From Octopus bimaculoides (lineage: Eukaryota), in the NCBI RefSeq assembly GCF_001194135.2, contig NC_068987.1, forward strand, positions 88,208,358 to 88,271,926: a stretch of 63,569 nucleotides of DNA. The letters are read 5' to 3'. Below, piece after piece: positions 11,836 through 24,774 of this stretch. The notes below the pieces were generated by a model that worked only from the letters and a program-made list of their open reading frames with translations, made no database searches and had not been told where the DNA came from. Within the stretch, counting starts at the first letter, position 1, and each line of letters starts with the position of its first letter. Made by a program: the position numbers and the translations under genes.

Positions 11836-13305
11836 GTCATCCCATAAATAATGCAATTTTTTAATACTTTTATTTTTCATTCATTTGTACAATGTTCTCC
11901 CTTCTATCTGGTAGACTTGCAAGACCCCTCTTCCAAAATTCACTTGTCCGTGACCAAAAATACTTCTCCAATACTGTTCTGGCCTTGTCTACAGAATTCA
12001 TATTTTTCCTGTCCAAATGATTTTGAAAACTGTGCAATAAATGATAATCAAATGAGGCAATGTCCGGCAAATATGGTGGGTGGGGCATTGTTTCCCATTC
12101 AAACTGCTCCAGCCTTTGGAATGTCATCTTCACTGTACGTGACCGAGCATTATCCTGATGGAAGAACACTTTTCATCTTGAAACCAAAGATGGTTGTTTT
12201 TCTTCTAGTGCTGACTTAAGCTGCTCATAGTAGATCTCTTTTGTTATCATTTGGTTTGGGTTTAAAATTTCAAAGTGGACTAAGCATTTCATATCCCACC
12301 AAACAGATAACAATGCCTTACACGGGTAAAGACCTTCTTTAGCCTGGGGTGCCGGTGTTGCTCCTTTCTTTACCCACTGTCGTCAGCACTTGATATTTTT
12401 ATAGAGAACCCATTTCTTATCACCAATCACTGTTCGGTTAAAAAAAAGGTTCATTCGTGAGACTTGACAGCAAAGAAGAGCACACATTCACTCTCTGCAC
12501 GTGGTTAGACACGGAAAGTTTGTGAGGAACCCATTGACCCAATTTACTGACTTATCCGATGGCACACAGGTGTCGATGAATGGTTGAATGACCAAATCCA
12601 AGCTTCTCTGCTAGTTCCTCAACAGTTACAATGGGATTTTGTTCCACCAGGGTTTGCAGGACATCCTCATCAAGCTCTACATATCTTCCAGGATAAGACT
12701 CGTCTTCTGGGCTGTAATTTCCAGCTCAGAATTTCTGGAACCACCATTGACACTGGCTTACATGTATTGTCTGCCCCCCATAAACTGCATTAATATTCCT
12801 TGCACTTTCTGTTGTGTTGTTGCCTTTATTGAACTCATAAAGCAAAATATGCCAAATATGCTCCTTTGTCACTTCCATTATAGTTTTGAAAAAATAACTC
12901 TTAAAATCGAACTGCACTCTTCAAAACTTGCACTAAGAATAAGGACAAGGTAAAATTACTACCTGCTTTTATAGCAAGTTGATGCAGGTAGTTTATCCCC
13001 CACCGACTTTTAGTTCATGCAATTGAAAAAACTGCATTATTTATGGGATGACCCAATACATATGCTACCTATGCGTGTGTGTCTTTGTATCTGTGTTTGT
13101 CTCCCCCACCACTACCACTTGACAACTGGTGTTGGTGTGTTTATGTCCCCATAACATTGCAGTTCAGCAAAAGAAACCAACAGAATAAGTACTAGGATTA
13201 AAAAAAGAAAACACATACAGGAGTCGATTCGGTTGACTAAAGATTCTTCAAGGTGGTGCCCCAGCATGGCCACGGTCTAATGACTGAACCAAGCAAAAGA
13301 CTAAG
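11655..13305 (+). mobile_element. tRNA-derived SINE family B, split by a mariner inserted in its internal (TA)n
   Basis: Head GGCTGTGTGGTAAG...GGTTCAGTCCCA at 11657-11830; tail GAATAAGTACTAGG...CCAGCATGGCC at 13059-13305. Confidence 0.85.
11832..13056 (-). mobile_element. Full-length mariner (DD34D) transposon, 1225 bp, transposase disrupted
   Basis: 31-bp TIRs (TTGGGTCATCCCATAAATAATGCA/G..., 1 mismatch); TA duplication at 11830-31 and 13057-58. ORF pieces MEVTKEHIWHILLYEFNKG and HQDNAR...PDIASFDYH have 34 residues between the two Asp. Confidence 0.95.
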
Positions 13306-13759
13306 ACAAAAATTGTAGAGGAGGCTGAGAGCTTTAAAAAGAAAGGAATGCTAAAAATATCTTTTGTGTTTATTCAAATAACATTGGAAAGAAACAAACG
13401 AATTTATCTGACAAACCAATACAAGAGAAGGAATCTTCTACATCATTGGTTACAAGAATTCCCTTAGAATCTGCTCTGCTGGGGAGTATGAGTGTAGGTA
13501 GTGGGGGAAATGTTGATTTGTACTTGAGTCCAGATATTATTTCTGTTGTCGTCTCATTTTTATTATTATGTTAATCTACAGAGATTGCTGTAAGCTTGGG
13601 ATTATCCTGCTTGTTGTCAGCCCACAACCAAGGTTATTACTATCAACCTGTTTTCACTGGCTGTTTGGTTAGTAACCAATATATTAACGACCAACAGCAA
13701 GTTTGCACATTGTATCCATAGTTCTAATTTTTTTTATTTCATTTTATTTATTATTATTA

Positions 13760-14190
13760 TTATTGTGAGCTGGCTGAATCTTTAGCACACCAGGCAAAAT
13801 GCTTAGTGACATTCTGTCCATCTGTATGTTCTGGGTTAAAATTCCACTGATGTCAACTTTGCCTTTCATCCTTTCAGGGTCGATAAACTAAGTACCAGCA
13901 AAACAGTGGGGTCAGTTTAATCGACTAGTATCCTCCCCACAGACCTTGTGCTTTCAATAGAAAGGATTATTATTATTATTATTAAGGCAGCGACCTGGCA
14001 GAATTGTTAACACGCCGGACAAAATGTTTGGCAGCATTTTTGTTTGTCAAAATGTTCTGAGTTCAAATTTTGCCAAGATCCTTTCAGGATTGATAAATTA
14101 AGTACCAGTGAAATATTGGGATCAATGGAGTCAATTAGTCCCCTCTCCCAAAATTTCAGGCCTTGTGCCTATAGTAGAAAGGATCATTAT
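13760..14190 (+). mobile_element. Two adjacent tRNA-derived SINE family C copies
   Basis: GAGCTGGC(A)GAA...GTTCAAATT...AAGTACCAG...GTAGAAAGGATTATTATT twice. Confidence 0.8.
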
Positions 14191-14257
14191 TATTGTAAGA
14201 AACACTAAATTATATTTTGAAAGATATACATGCATAAAACATTTTACACACACACAT

Positions 14258-14295
<38 letters not shown>

Positions 14296-14449
14296 GTGTA
14301 TGTGTGTGTGTTTGTAATTTGAAAGTTGACAACTATATTGAATTTTTTTCAATCCCTGTTCATCACTGTACATATATTGTGATGGATTCTCCCTTCATCT
14401 TTGAGGTATGAAGGGTTTAACCAATATTATAGATGTCAGACTTCCCACT

Positions 14450-15900
14450 TAATTTGTTTTCAGTGGTGAAGACATGTGCTTTCTCACATGTAAACTTCCC
14501 AGAAAGTTAAAGGACGACTTAATATGTTCCATCCATAAAGGAGGAAGCAGAGCAGATGTTAAAAATTATAGCCCTGTCACTCTGGCCTCGCATATCAGCC
14601 AAGTCATGGAATGAATTACCAAGAGGAAGCTGATCATGTACCTAGAAGAGAATGATTTGCTTTCAAACACCCAGCATGACTTCTTTTGCCTGGAAAGGAT
14701 CTGCCTTCATTCTTGCGGCAATATGACAGGGTGTTGAAACAACTTAGGAATCGCTTAAACATGAATGTGATATGTCTTGATTTTGCCGAGGCTTTTGATG
14801 AGGTTGATCTTAAGATGATATGTCACAAACTACGAAGACTCAGCAAAGTTAGAAAACTACATGAAGCCTGGCTGTAACAGCCAATAGAGCTCTCTCCAAG
14901 GAGACATTAATAATGAGTGGAGTGCTTCAGGAACTGTCTGGCACTGCTGCTGTTTTTGGTGACCTCCCTTGAGCATGCCATGCGTTATATTGGCAGCCAT
15001 TCTTACAAGTTATAGTGAGGATACAAAAATAGTACAAGTAATCAAGAATCCTTTTGATTTTAATCTTCTACAGAAAGGTTTTGATGCCATATATAATGGG
15101 CTGAAAAAAACATTCAATTTAATGCAGGAAAATTCCAAGCCTTTTGTTATCAACCAGCTTCTGCCAACCTATTGCATCAAAGATATTTCAGACCAGAAAG
15201 AACGGTAATTCCATACTCAAACTTAGTACATGATCAGGGAATTGATATGGGCAATATTTCATGTACATATCACAAAGATGGTGACAATGTGCAGGCAAAT
15301 GGCAGGAAGGATTCTGAGAACTTTCAGAACAAAGGACCAGGAAACTGTGTTGGTCCGACAGAGGATATTTGTCTTCATTCATCAGGACTTCTGCTCTCAA
15401 TTATGGACACCCTACAATGTTAAATTAATTGTGGAACTCAAGGCAATTCAACAGTGCTACACCAAGAAGATTGCTTCAGAGAGACGTGAGCTACTGAGAG
15501 AGGCTGAAAGAATAAGAACTTTATTCTTTGGAATAAAGATGGGAAAGATATGCAGTGATATACATATGGAAGATTCTAAGGGCTGGCACCAAACTTTGGC
15601 ATCTAGGGTTATACCGACTCACAAATAGGACATCATTGTACAGTGCCAAAGGTGCTAACCATCCAGCTAGTGTAATGACCAGTAAATGCAACCCTGCAAT
15701 AGCTTGGGATTTAAGGGGCCCCACACCTATTTAATATGTTACCAAAAAATCTGAGAGACATACATGGAATGGGGGTAGATGTTTTCAAGAAGCACTTTGA
15801 CCCTCTGATCAAGATCCCAGATGAGCCTATATCATAGCAAGAAATTCAAATGAGAGGAGAAATAGCAAGGTCCCTCATTCATCAAAAACCAACCACATGA
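14450..15900 (+). mobile_element. Decayed CR1/L2-like LINE reverse transcriptase remnant
   Basis: Frameshifted RT motifs: KGGSRADVKNY, NTQH, VICLDFAEAFDEVD, SYSEDTKI, FCSQLWTPYNVKLI. Confidence 0.8.
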
Positions 15901-15989
15901 AAATGGCTATTGAAGAGGTGATAATAAGGCTGGTGCTCCAGCATGAACACAACCTATGGGCAGGGACACATAAAGGAAAATACATACAT

Positions 15990-16510
15990 GTATATGCAGC
16001 TGTGCTGTTAAGAAGTTCACTTCCCAATGATATGGTTCCGGGTTCAAACCCACTGTGTGGTACCTTGAACAAAGTGTCTTGTACTATAACCCTAGGCTGA
16101 CCAATGGATTTCATAGAAGAAACTGAAAGTAACCCATTGGATATGTGTGTGTGTGTGTATGTATGTGTTTGGCAACCAGTGTTAGATTCTTCAGGTTTCT
16201 ATAACTTAGCAGTTTGGAAAATACAATAAGTATCGGGCTTAAAAGTACTAGGGTTAATTTTTTAGACTAATCTCCTTCAAGGGGGTGCTCCAGTATAGCT
16301 ACAGTCCAATAATTGAAAGAAGTAAAAGATAAACGATACGTATGTATTTGGTGCTGGTGCCACATAAAAAGCACCCAGTCCACTCTGTAAAATGGTTGGC
16401 ATTAGGAAGGGCATCCAGCTATAAGAAACCATGCCAAAGCAGACAACAGAACCTGGTATGACTCCAGGCCTTGTCAGCTCCTGCCAAACCAACTAGCTCA
16501 TACCAACATA
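15990..16510 (+). mobile_element. Degraded SINE family B followed by a family A fragment
   Basis: GGTTCAAACCCACTGTGTGGTACCTTGAACAAAGTGTC head; GGCATTAGGAAGGGCATCCAGC tail. Confidence 0.7.
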
Positions 16511-16605
16511 ATATGCTGTATAAGATTATAAAATAAATTTTGAGGATGTAAAAGTGTCCATACTCTTTATTATCAATGATAATAAAAATAATAATAATGA
16601 TTTCA

Positions 16606-17300
16606 AGGAATGAAGCCAGTATGCTCCGTTGGATGTGTAATGTCAATGTGAATACCCGTCAGAGTGTAAGTATCTTGAGAGAAAAGCTGAACATCAGAAG
16701 CATCAGTTGTGGTGTGCAAAAGAGACGATTGCGCTGGTATGGACATGTGATGAGAATGGATAAGGATAGCTGCGTGAAAAAGTGCCGCACCCTTACAGTT
16801 GAGGGAACCCGTGGAAGAAGTAGGCCCAGGAAGACCTGGGCTGAGGTGGTGAGGCAAGACCTTCGTACACTGGGCCTCACTGAGGCGATGACTACTGACC
16901 GAGACCTTTGGAGGTGTGCTGTGCGTGAGAAAACCCNNNNNNNNNNNNNNNNNNNNNNNNNNNNNNNNNNNNNNNNNNNNNNNNNNNNNNNNNNNNNNNN
17001 NNNNNNNNNNNNNNNNNNNNNNNNNNNNNNNNNNNNNNNNNNNNNNNNNNNNNNNNNNNNNNNNNNNNNNNNNNNNNNNNNNNGAGCGTGGCCAGTATCG
17101 CCTGACTGGCCTTCGTGCGGGTGACATGTAAAAGCACCTACTACACTCTCTGAGTGGTTGGCGTTAGGAAGGGCATCCAGCTGTAGAAACTCTGCCAAAT
17201 TTAGATTGGAGCCTGGTGTTGCCATCCGGTTTCACCAGTCCTCAGTCAAATCGTCCAACCCATGCTAGCATGGAAAGCGGACGTTAAACGATGATGATGA

Positions 17301-17304
<4 letters not shown>
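16606..17304 (+). mobile_element. 5'-truncated RTE-clade LINE: RT C-terminus plus 3' UTR ending in (GAT)n
   Basis: EASMLRWMCNV...RRLRWYGHVMRM...EGTRGRSRPRKTWAEVVRQDL is a typical RTE C-terminus; the tail reads CGTTAAACGATGATGATG. Confidence 0.92.
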
Positions 17305-17337
<33 letters not shown>

Positions 17338-18461
17338 TATATAGGTATATACATGTATATGTATATGTATGTCTGTCTATATAAATCTATATATACACAT
17401 ATATACATGTATGCAGGATTTAGCTTTGGCTACCTATCAGACATGCATGCTAAAATATGCACAGAGAAGATAAGTTGATCTTCGTCTTCCAATACTAATC
17501 CATAGCCCTCACCTGTATTAATTTAACTTAATCTCTCCATCTCTCCTTTCTCCTGTCATTCTCTTCGTTAACTCTTATGAATTTGCTTTGATGTTTACTT
17601 ATCCGCAATGTGCCCATCCTTTCCCACTCCCACCACTTATACTGGAAATCTCTCTTCTGAACTGGAACCTCTTATGGCAACCCTTCCTCTACCCCCCCCC
17701 CCCNNNNNNNNNNNNNNNNNNNATAGTGTCGCCCACATTGCTGCAACACAAACGCTGTAACTTGTTACTTCACCCCCAAAGAAAACAAAACTGACCATGA
17801 CCATGCAGTACTTAGTTTATTGCTTAGTCAATTGGCCAACTAATTATACATAATGAATTAATTACCCTTTTCTTATTTAATTTGATTAATTGTATTTGTA
17901 CTAACATCTCTTGTACTGAAGCTTGTATGTCACCCACTCCCAGGGGGAACAGCAAATGTAATATGAATGATGGGAGATTAAATGCGAGGACAACTATTAT
18001 GACATGTCTGCTTGCAAATGCTTTTTAGAACCTTCTTTTTAGATGCTGAAAGCCACAGTTCCCCCACCTCAGGTTACCTCCTGCTTCCCCATACATTCTC
18101 CTAGAGTTGGCATTGTCAATATAGGCATTTTGAAAGGTAAGTTTGGTCAGATTGTTGAGATGCTTGAACATAAGATATGTGGAATGAACCTGTTGAAGAC
18201 ATGGGACAAGGTGGTGAAGCATTATCTTTGAATGTTGGGTCTCATGAAGGTGATGACAAGTGATCGTGACCTTTGATGATTTGTCAAGTGAAATATTAGT
18301 TGTGGCCAGTGTCAGTGATGTGCAAAAGGCATCCACTATACTCTTGGAGTGGTTGATATTAAGAAGGACATCCAGCTGTAGAAAGCAAGACAAAGTCAGA
18401 CTGGATTCTGGTGCAGCTCTGCAGCTTACCAGTTCCAGTTAAACCATCTAATCTATTCCAG

Positions 18462-18826
18462 TTTAGTAGAAAGTGGGTTATACATCTTTAGATTGTATAC
18501 CTGACTTCCTACTATAAAATTATAGAAATATAACGGAACACTGAACTCAAGACTATCAACTTAAACAACACTTTATTTAGGTGGTAAACATACATATCTT
18601 TAGTTCTTGTTGTTACAGCTTCTGTGTGTATGAGCATAGTTGTTGAGACGTTGTTCTGTAGTTGTGAGCGAGCTGTCGAGTGTAAGTCCGAAAGATGTAG
18701 AGAGACAGCTTAAATACGTCCATGCTCAATCGCTGGCCAGCAAGAAAGAGAATGAATTGAGCGGGAACGCTTGGTTGTTTAATTCTATGCATGCGTAAGA
18801 CTACGCATGCGCACGGCATTACTACA
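18462..18826 (-). mobile_element. Solo LTR (365 bp), probably Gypsy-type, inserted in a family A element
   Basis: Termini T(T)TAGTA...TACTACA; 4-bp duplication CCAG at 18458-61 and 18827-30; TATTTAAG and AATAAA on the minus strand; host element resumes seamlessly on both sides. Confidence 0.75.
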
Positions 18827-19329
18827 CCAGCATGGAAAGCAGACGTTAAATGATGATGATGATGATGATGATGATGGTGCACAATGAGCACACCAGAAAG
18901 AGGTTCTCTTAAATGCCCAGAGGGTTCACTAGGAGTAGTTGATAGTTTTTGCTTCCAAATTAACCAGGTAAATGGTGGCTCTTAAAGTATAGTAGCCAGG
19001 GTAAGAACATACAGGAAAAAGTTTACAGAACTTCTGCTGTTGCTACTAGCAGCAAAGGTCTACAACTCCAGAGTGAAGGGCAGATTGTATGATGCTTGTA
19101 TATATCTTTTAGATGTTTTTACCCTTGTTTGTCATTGAATTACAACTATTCTGGAGCACCACCTCAAATGGTTTAGTCAAACAAATTGATCCCAGTTCAT
19201 ACTGTTACATTTGCTGCTTATTCTATTGCTTTCTTATGGGATGTAAACAAACCAATGCCAGTTGTCAAGTGGTGGTGAATGGCGACAAACACAAAGCCAC
19301 ACATATTCATTTTATAATCATGTTGCAGC

Positions 19330-19610
19330 CTGCCAGAATCTATGCACATATTTCCTTTCATGTGGACATGATCAGAACATCTTGCTTTTGCAGTTTAGAT
19401 GTCTGGGTAAAGAGAGTTCTTTGCAATTCTTTTCTCTGCCAGGCATAGCTTGCATTTCCTATTGCTTTCAAAGTAAGGCTTCCACCACTCCAGAACTCTC
19501 CCCTTGATGCTGTAATCCATGGTGCTTTCCTTCAGTGACCAACATCCTACCACAGAAAATAGTATCAAGACGTTTTATCCAATTGATGCCCAACCAGAAT
19601 GCAGATATAA
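19330..19610 (-). mobile_element. Penelope-like element, GIY-YIG C-terminal remnant
   Basis: Minus frame DYSIKGRVLEWWKPYFESNRKCKLCLAEK...ARCSDHVHMK resembles the PLE C-terminal pattern YxIxW...KPY...CxLCLxEK...CxH. Confidence 0.65.
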
Positions 19611-20159
19611 AAAATGGAATTAAACAAAATGATTTAAAACAATATTTTTATTTATCTCTTTAAGAATCAACATTTTGCTTTGTGAAAAATAAAATTATAT
19701 TTTACCTTTATATATAATTATTTTTTCTCAAGTAATGAACAATTGAAGATTATTTTTTAATTTCAATTTTGATTTGTGTTTGTTATTCCCAAAATAGTGA
19801 AGAACTCCTGGCCAGCTGTATCATCATGATTTCTTTCTTAGTCCAAGCCATTCCACATTACATTTTCTGAAGAGTCAAAGGACAAAAGTCTAATAAAATA
19901 GAATTTCTGAATTTGTACTTCTTTATTCTTCATTTACTCTGTTATTAGGTACAGAAACGGCTGCTTTGAATTCACAGAGTTTTATGTTTGGTCCCACTGT
20001 GTGACACCTAGAGAAAATGTGTTCTACTTTAACCTAGGGTCCATCAGTGCCTTGTGAGTGGATTTAATAGATGGGAACTGGGAGAGACCCATTGTATATA
20101 TATGTATATTATATATGCGTATATGTATGTGTGTGTGTGTGTGTGTGTTTATGCGTGCC

Positions 20160-20420
20160 TTTGTTTAGACATTACACGATGGTTGTAAACGAGTATCACT
20201 GTCATACAAGCGAGGTTGTTTGTTTCTGGTCTTCCATGAAAAACATATATGTAACCATGGGAGAAATATTACTTTACTTGTAAGCAGGTGAAGGTTGGCA
20301 ACAGGAAGAGTATCCTGGTCAAAGATAATCTGCCTCAACAAATTCGGTCTGCCCCATGCAAGCACAGAAAAATGGACAGTAAATGATAATGATGGTGCTG
20401 ATAATGATGATAATGATGAT
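20160..20420 (+). mobile_element. RTE-tail short element (family E); related copies at 42230-43170, 52190-52390 and 55740-55880
   Basis: CCATGGGAGAAATATTAC...GGTTGGCAACAGGAAG...CCCATGCAAGCA...(GAT)n. Confidence 0.75.
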
Positions 20421-20472
20421 GATGAAGAAGAAGAAAGGGGAAAGAACAAACTCTTGATGTCCATGTGTATAA

Positions 20473-20734
20473 GCACTCACTCCCTCACTCACTGCTTCAT
20501 TCACTCTCTCCCTCCCTCCCTCACTCACTCTCCCTCTATTACTCACTCACTCACTCCCTCACTCCTTCATTCACTCACTCCCACACTCACTCATTCACTC
20601 TATAACTCCCTCCCTCAGTCCTTCATTCACTCATTCACTCCCTCCCTCCCTCCCTCCTTCATTCACTCCCTCCCTCACTCACTCATTCACTCCCTCCCTC
20701 ACTCCTTCATTCACTTACTCACTCTATCACTCAC
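20473..20734. repeat. (TCAC/TCCC/TCAT)n tetranucleotide array running into a gap
   Basis: Direct reading; source of the 501-aa ORF. Confidence 0.95.
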
Positions 20735-21736
20735 NNNNNNNNNNNNNNNNNNNNNNNNNNNNNNNNNNNNNNNNNNNNNNNNNNNNNNNNNNNNNNNNNN
20801 NNNNNNNNNNNNNNNNNNNNNNNNNNNNNNNNNNNNNNNNNNNNNNNNNNNNNNNNNNNNNNNNNNNNNNNNNNNNNNNNNNNNNNNNNNNNNNNNNNNN
20901 NNNNNNNNNNNNNNNNNNNNNNNNNNNNNNNNNNNNNNNNNNNNNNNNNNNNNNNNNNNNNNNNNNNNNNNNNNNNNNNNNNNNNNNNNNNNNNNNNNNN
21001 NNNNNNNNNNNNNNNNNNNNNNNNNNNNNNNNNNNNNNNNNNNNNNNNNNNNNNNNNNNNNNNNNNNNNNNNNNNNNNNNNNNNNNNNNNNNNNNNNNNN
21101 NNNNNNNNNNNNNNNNNNNNNNNNNNNNNNNNNNNNNNNNNNNNNNNNNNNNNNNNNNNNNNNNNNNNNNNNNNNNNNNNNNNNNNNNNNNNNNNNNNNN
21201 NNNNNNNNNNNNNNNNNNNNNNNNNNNNNNNNNNNNNNNNNNNNNNNNNNNNNNNNNNNNNNNNNNNNNNNNNNNNNNNNNNNNNNNNNNNNNNNNNNNN
21301 NNNNNNNNNNNNNNNNNNNNNNNNNNNNNNNNNNNNNNNNNNNNNNNNNNNNNNNNNNNNNNNNNNNNNNNNNNNNNNNNNNNNNNNNNNNNNNNNNNNN
21401 NNNNNNNNNNNNNNNNNNNNNNNNNNNNNNNNNNNNNNNNNNNNNNNNNNNNNNNNNNNNNNNNNNNNNNNNNNNNNNNNNNNNNNNNNNNNNNNNNNNN
21501 NNNNNNNNNNNNNNNNNNNNNNNNNNNNNNNNNNNNNNNNNNNNNNNNNNNNNNNNNNNNNNNNNNNNNNNNNNNNNNNNNNNNNNNNNNNNNNNNNNNN
21601 NNNNNNNNNNNNNNNNNNNNNNNNNNNNNNNNNNNNNNNNNNNNNNNNNNNNNNNNNNNNNNNNNNNNNNNNNNNNNNNNNNNNNNNNNNNNNNNNNNNN
21701 NNNNNNNNNNNNNNTATATATATATATATATATATA

Positions 21737-22200
21737 TCATCATCATCATCATCATCGTTTAATGTCCGCTTTCCATGCTAGCATGGGTTGGACGATTTGA
21801 CTGAGGACTGGTGAACCAGATATCTACACCACACTCCAATCTGATTTGGCAGAGTTTCTACAGCTGGATGCCCTTCCTAACGCCAACCACTCCGAGAGTG
21901 TAGTGGGTGCTTTTACGTGCCACTGGCACGAAGGCCAGTCAGGAGGTACTAGCAATGGCCACGTCCGAAATGGTGTATTTTACGTGCCACCTACACAAGG
22001 GCCAGTCCAGCAGTACTGGCAACGAACTCACTCGAATGTCTTTTCACATGCCACTGGTACAAGTGCCAGGAAGGCGACATTGGTAATGGTCACGCTCAAA
22101 TGATGCTATTTACGTGCCACTAGCATGAAAGCCAGATAGCTGGTGCTCTGGCAACGGTCACGCTCGGACGGTGCTCTTCGTGATTTACTGGTACAGTTGC
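21737..22200 (-). mobile_element. RTE 3' UTR/family A element with an internal ~60-bp tandem array
   Basis: (CAT)n start, then family A core, then several GCCAGTC...TACTGGCAACG...GAATGG...TTTTACGTGCCAC units. Confidence 0.85.
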
Positions 22201-22211
22201 CATCACGATTT

Positions 22212-22248
<37 letters not shown>

Positions 22249-22485
22249 AGACCCATCAAACCAAGTAAAACTGCAGTTGTGGCAGATACTGGTGTCATGC
22301 AAATGGCACCCATGTGCTGCTGGCATGTAAAAGCACCCATTATACTCTGAGTGGTTGGTGTTAGGAAGGGCATCCAGCCATGGAAACCATGCCAAATCAG
22401 ACAGCAGTCTGGTGCGGCCCTGGTCAAACTGTCCAACCCATGCCAGCATGGACAACGGACATTAAATGATGATGATGATGATGAT

Positions 22486-22522
<37 letters not shown>

Positions 22523-22819
22523 AGAGAGGAAGAGGGATATGTGTGTGTGTGTGTGTGTGAAATAAATACAAAGACATATACATACATTATATNNNNNNNN
22601 NNNNNNNNNNNNNNNNNNNNNNNNNNNNNNNNNNNNNNNNNNNNNNNNNNNNNNNNNNNNNNNNNNNNNNNNNNNNNNNNNNNNNNNNNNNNNNNNNNNN
22701 NNNNNNNNNNNNNNNNNNNNNNNNNNNNNNNNNNNNNNNNNNNNNNNNNNNNNNNNNNNNNNNNNNNNNNNNNNNNNNNNNNNNNNNNNNNNNNNNNNNN
22801 NNNNNNNNNNNNNNNNNNN

Positions 22820-22851
<32 letters not shown>

Positions 22852-23305
22852 AGGCGTTTTTCAGTTACCATGCAGTTTTTATTTACCAAATCCACTCATG
22901 AGGCTTTGGGTGGCCCAAAGCTATGATAGAAGACACTTGGCCACGGTACCAAGCAGTGGGACTGAACCTGGAACCATGTGATTGGGAAGCAAGCTTCTTA
23001 CCACACAGCCACATCTGCCCTTATATTTACATTTTATTGGTCCAATCCATGCCAGCTTGAAATACAAGCACGAAATGATGATGATGGTTGCTTAAACTAT
23101 TTAACACCACTCACTTAGGATGTCTTCTTTGTTTTTCAGCAGGAAAGAAAAGAAAATGGAACCGGGTTTTTCTTGATTAATTCCAAGACTAATTACGCTA
23201 TTTTTATGTATGAAAGGACGGTCAAAGTGAATTAACGGATGTTATTGCCAGCAACATGGTTCAATTAATTCCAAGCGTTTCACCGTTAGTGAGACAACAG
23301 TGTTA

Positions 23306-23339
<34 letters not shown>

Positions 23340-23349
23340 TAACAATGAT

Positions 23350-23900
23350 AACAATGATAATAATAATTGATCCATCACATCCATTTGATTCCAGGATTGT
23401 TAAGAAAGAAGATGTAAAAAAAAAATACAATCCCTTAAAATTTGAAATTGCCAGTATTTGGAATACGAAAACTGTAAAGGTTGTCCCGACATAAATTTGA
23501 CGAGGAATAAGAAGAAACCTCAGTCAATGAACAACGACAACAACAGCATTAATAATAATCCTTTCTACTATAGGCACAAGGCCTGAAAAACTCCACTAAA
23601 GGCACAAGGGGATTACATTGACCCCACTGGTACTTAATTTATCAACCTTGAAAAGATATAAAAGGCAAAGTCGACTTTGGCGGAATTTGAACCCAGAATG
23701 TAGTGACAGGTGAAATACTGCTAAGTATTTCATCCAGCATGCTAACGATTCTGCCAACTCAACACCTTGATGATGATGATTGATGGGCTTACCATCCCTA
23801 CAGGAAGTGCAAAAAATCGTGCTAACTGGAACGACTCATGTACTGAGAAGAGCATTATCGCTGTGAAAACAACATCCATTCATGAATTTTTTTTTTCTTA
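23350..23900 (+). mobile_element. R4/Dong-like LINE endonuclease C-terminal fragments beside (TAA)n, with a family C SINE (-) inserted at ~23560-23770
   Basis: KKKYNPLKFEIASIWNTKTVKVVP and GLPSLQEVQKIVLTGTTHVLRRALSL*. Confidence 0.75.
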
Positions 23901-24229
23901 AATACATGTTTTACCTGTGAATTTGCATGTGTAAACTGGGAATGCATACAACAAGTTTCTCTGCCCTAGGTGTACGGAAAACACTCGGCGAGAAATGAAA
24001 GAAAATTTGAAGAAAGAAGGAAAAACAACAACAACATAATAATAATAATAATAGTTTAAAAATTTGGTGCAAAGCCAGTGATTTTGGAGGAGGAGATAAA
24101 TCAATTACACGAACCCCAGTTGTCAACTGGTACTGATTGACCCCAGAAGGATGAAAGCAAAGACAGTGTCAGTGGAATTTGATCTCAGGCTTTACTAAGC
24201 TATTGCTGTCTTTGCACCAGACATTATCA

Positions 24230-24760
24230 GCCACAACCTAACAGAGGTACACACCCACATTTTCAATCAGCTAACCGAATGGTATGATGTTTTCTTCATG
24301 TGATGTAAGATGTTCTCAATGTAGAATGCTTAGCTTTATGCCTTCCTGCTCTGCTCAGTGCACTGAGCTGCAAGCTTTCACAACTGCATTCGGTTGGCTG
24401 TCATCCTTGCACATCCATTCCATGAAATGTCGGCTGTCTTCAGACTATTTTGATGTCTGTTGTCAAGTGATCTTTGGCCTACACCTTTTACACCTGCCAG
24501 CAGGTGATAACTCAGTATCGGCTGTTTTCAGGTGCCTTAGAAAGCATTTTTTGTTGCATTGTTAGTGTTTTCAGTTGGTGCATAGGCCTGAGCAACGGTT
24601 GCCAAAGAAAACTGCGATTGGGATCATGTAGTTATGAGAGATACTCAAACAGCTGTTGATGGTTGCAGAAATTTGGTATGTCATAGAATTTGGAGCCCTC
24701 CTCATGTATGGGTTTATTAAACAGTTGACCAAGGACCCTATAGATCAAGGGACTTGGTGT
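24230..24760 (-). mobile_element. Decayed RTE-type LINE C-terminal fragment
   Basis: Minus-strand frameshifted P(AG)..R..RPK.TW...K...ISW.G..R...NR pattern. Confidence 0.55.
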
Positions 24761-24774
24761 TAATCTAGTTGAAT

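Larger units (their letters stand above)
10591..13421 (-). mobile_element. Old internally deleted mariner (outer element) interrupted by a SINE and a younger mariner
   Basis: TIRs TATTGGATTGTCAGATATATT (10591) and AATTTATCTGACAAACCAATA (13401-13421), 2 mismatches in 21. Transposase N-terminus at ~11300-11610 and C-terminus at ~10980-11170. The 5' region is colinear with the remnant at 55010-55415. Confidence 0.7.

Noticed and set aside
20295-21800. Long ORFs (also 28881-29765, 36621-37797, 57747-58708, 59753-60261)
   Set aside because: Their length comes from N gaps and microsatellite translation.
21900-22200. Regularly spaced repeats suggestive of a CRISPR array
   Set aside because: Units are contiguous, mutually similar and part of a retroelement UTR; there are no unique spacers or cas genes, and the context is eukaryotic.
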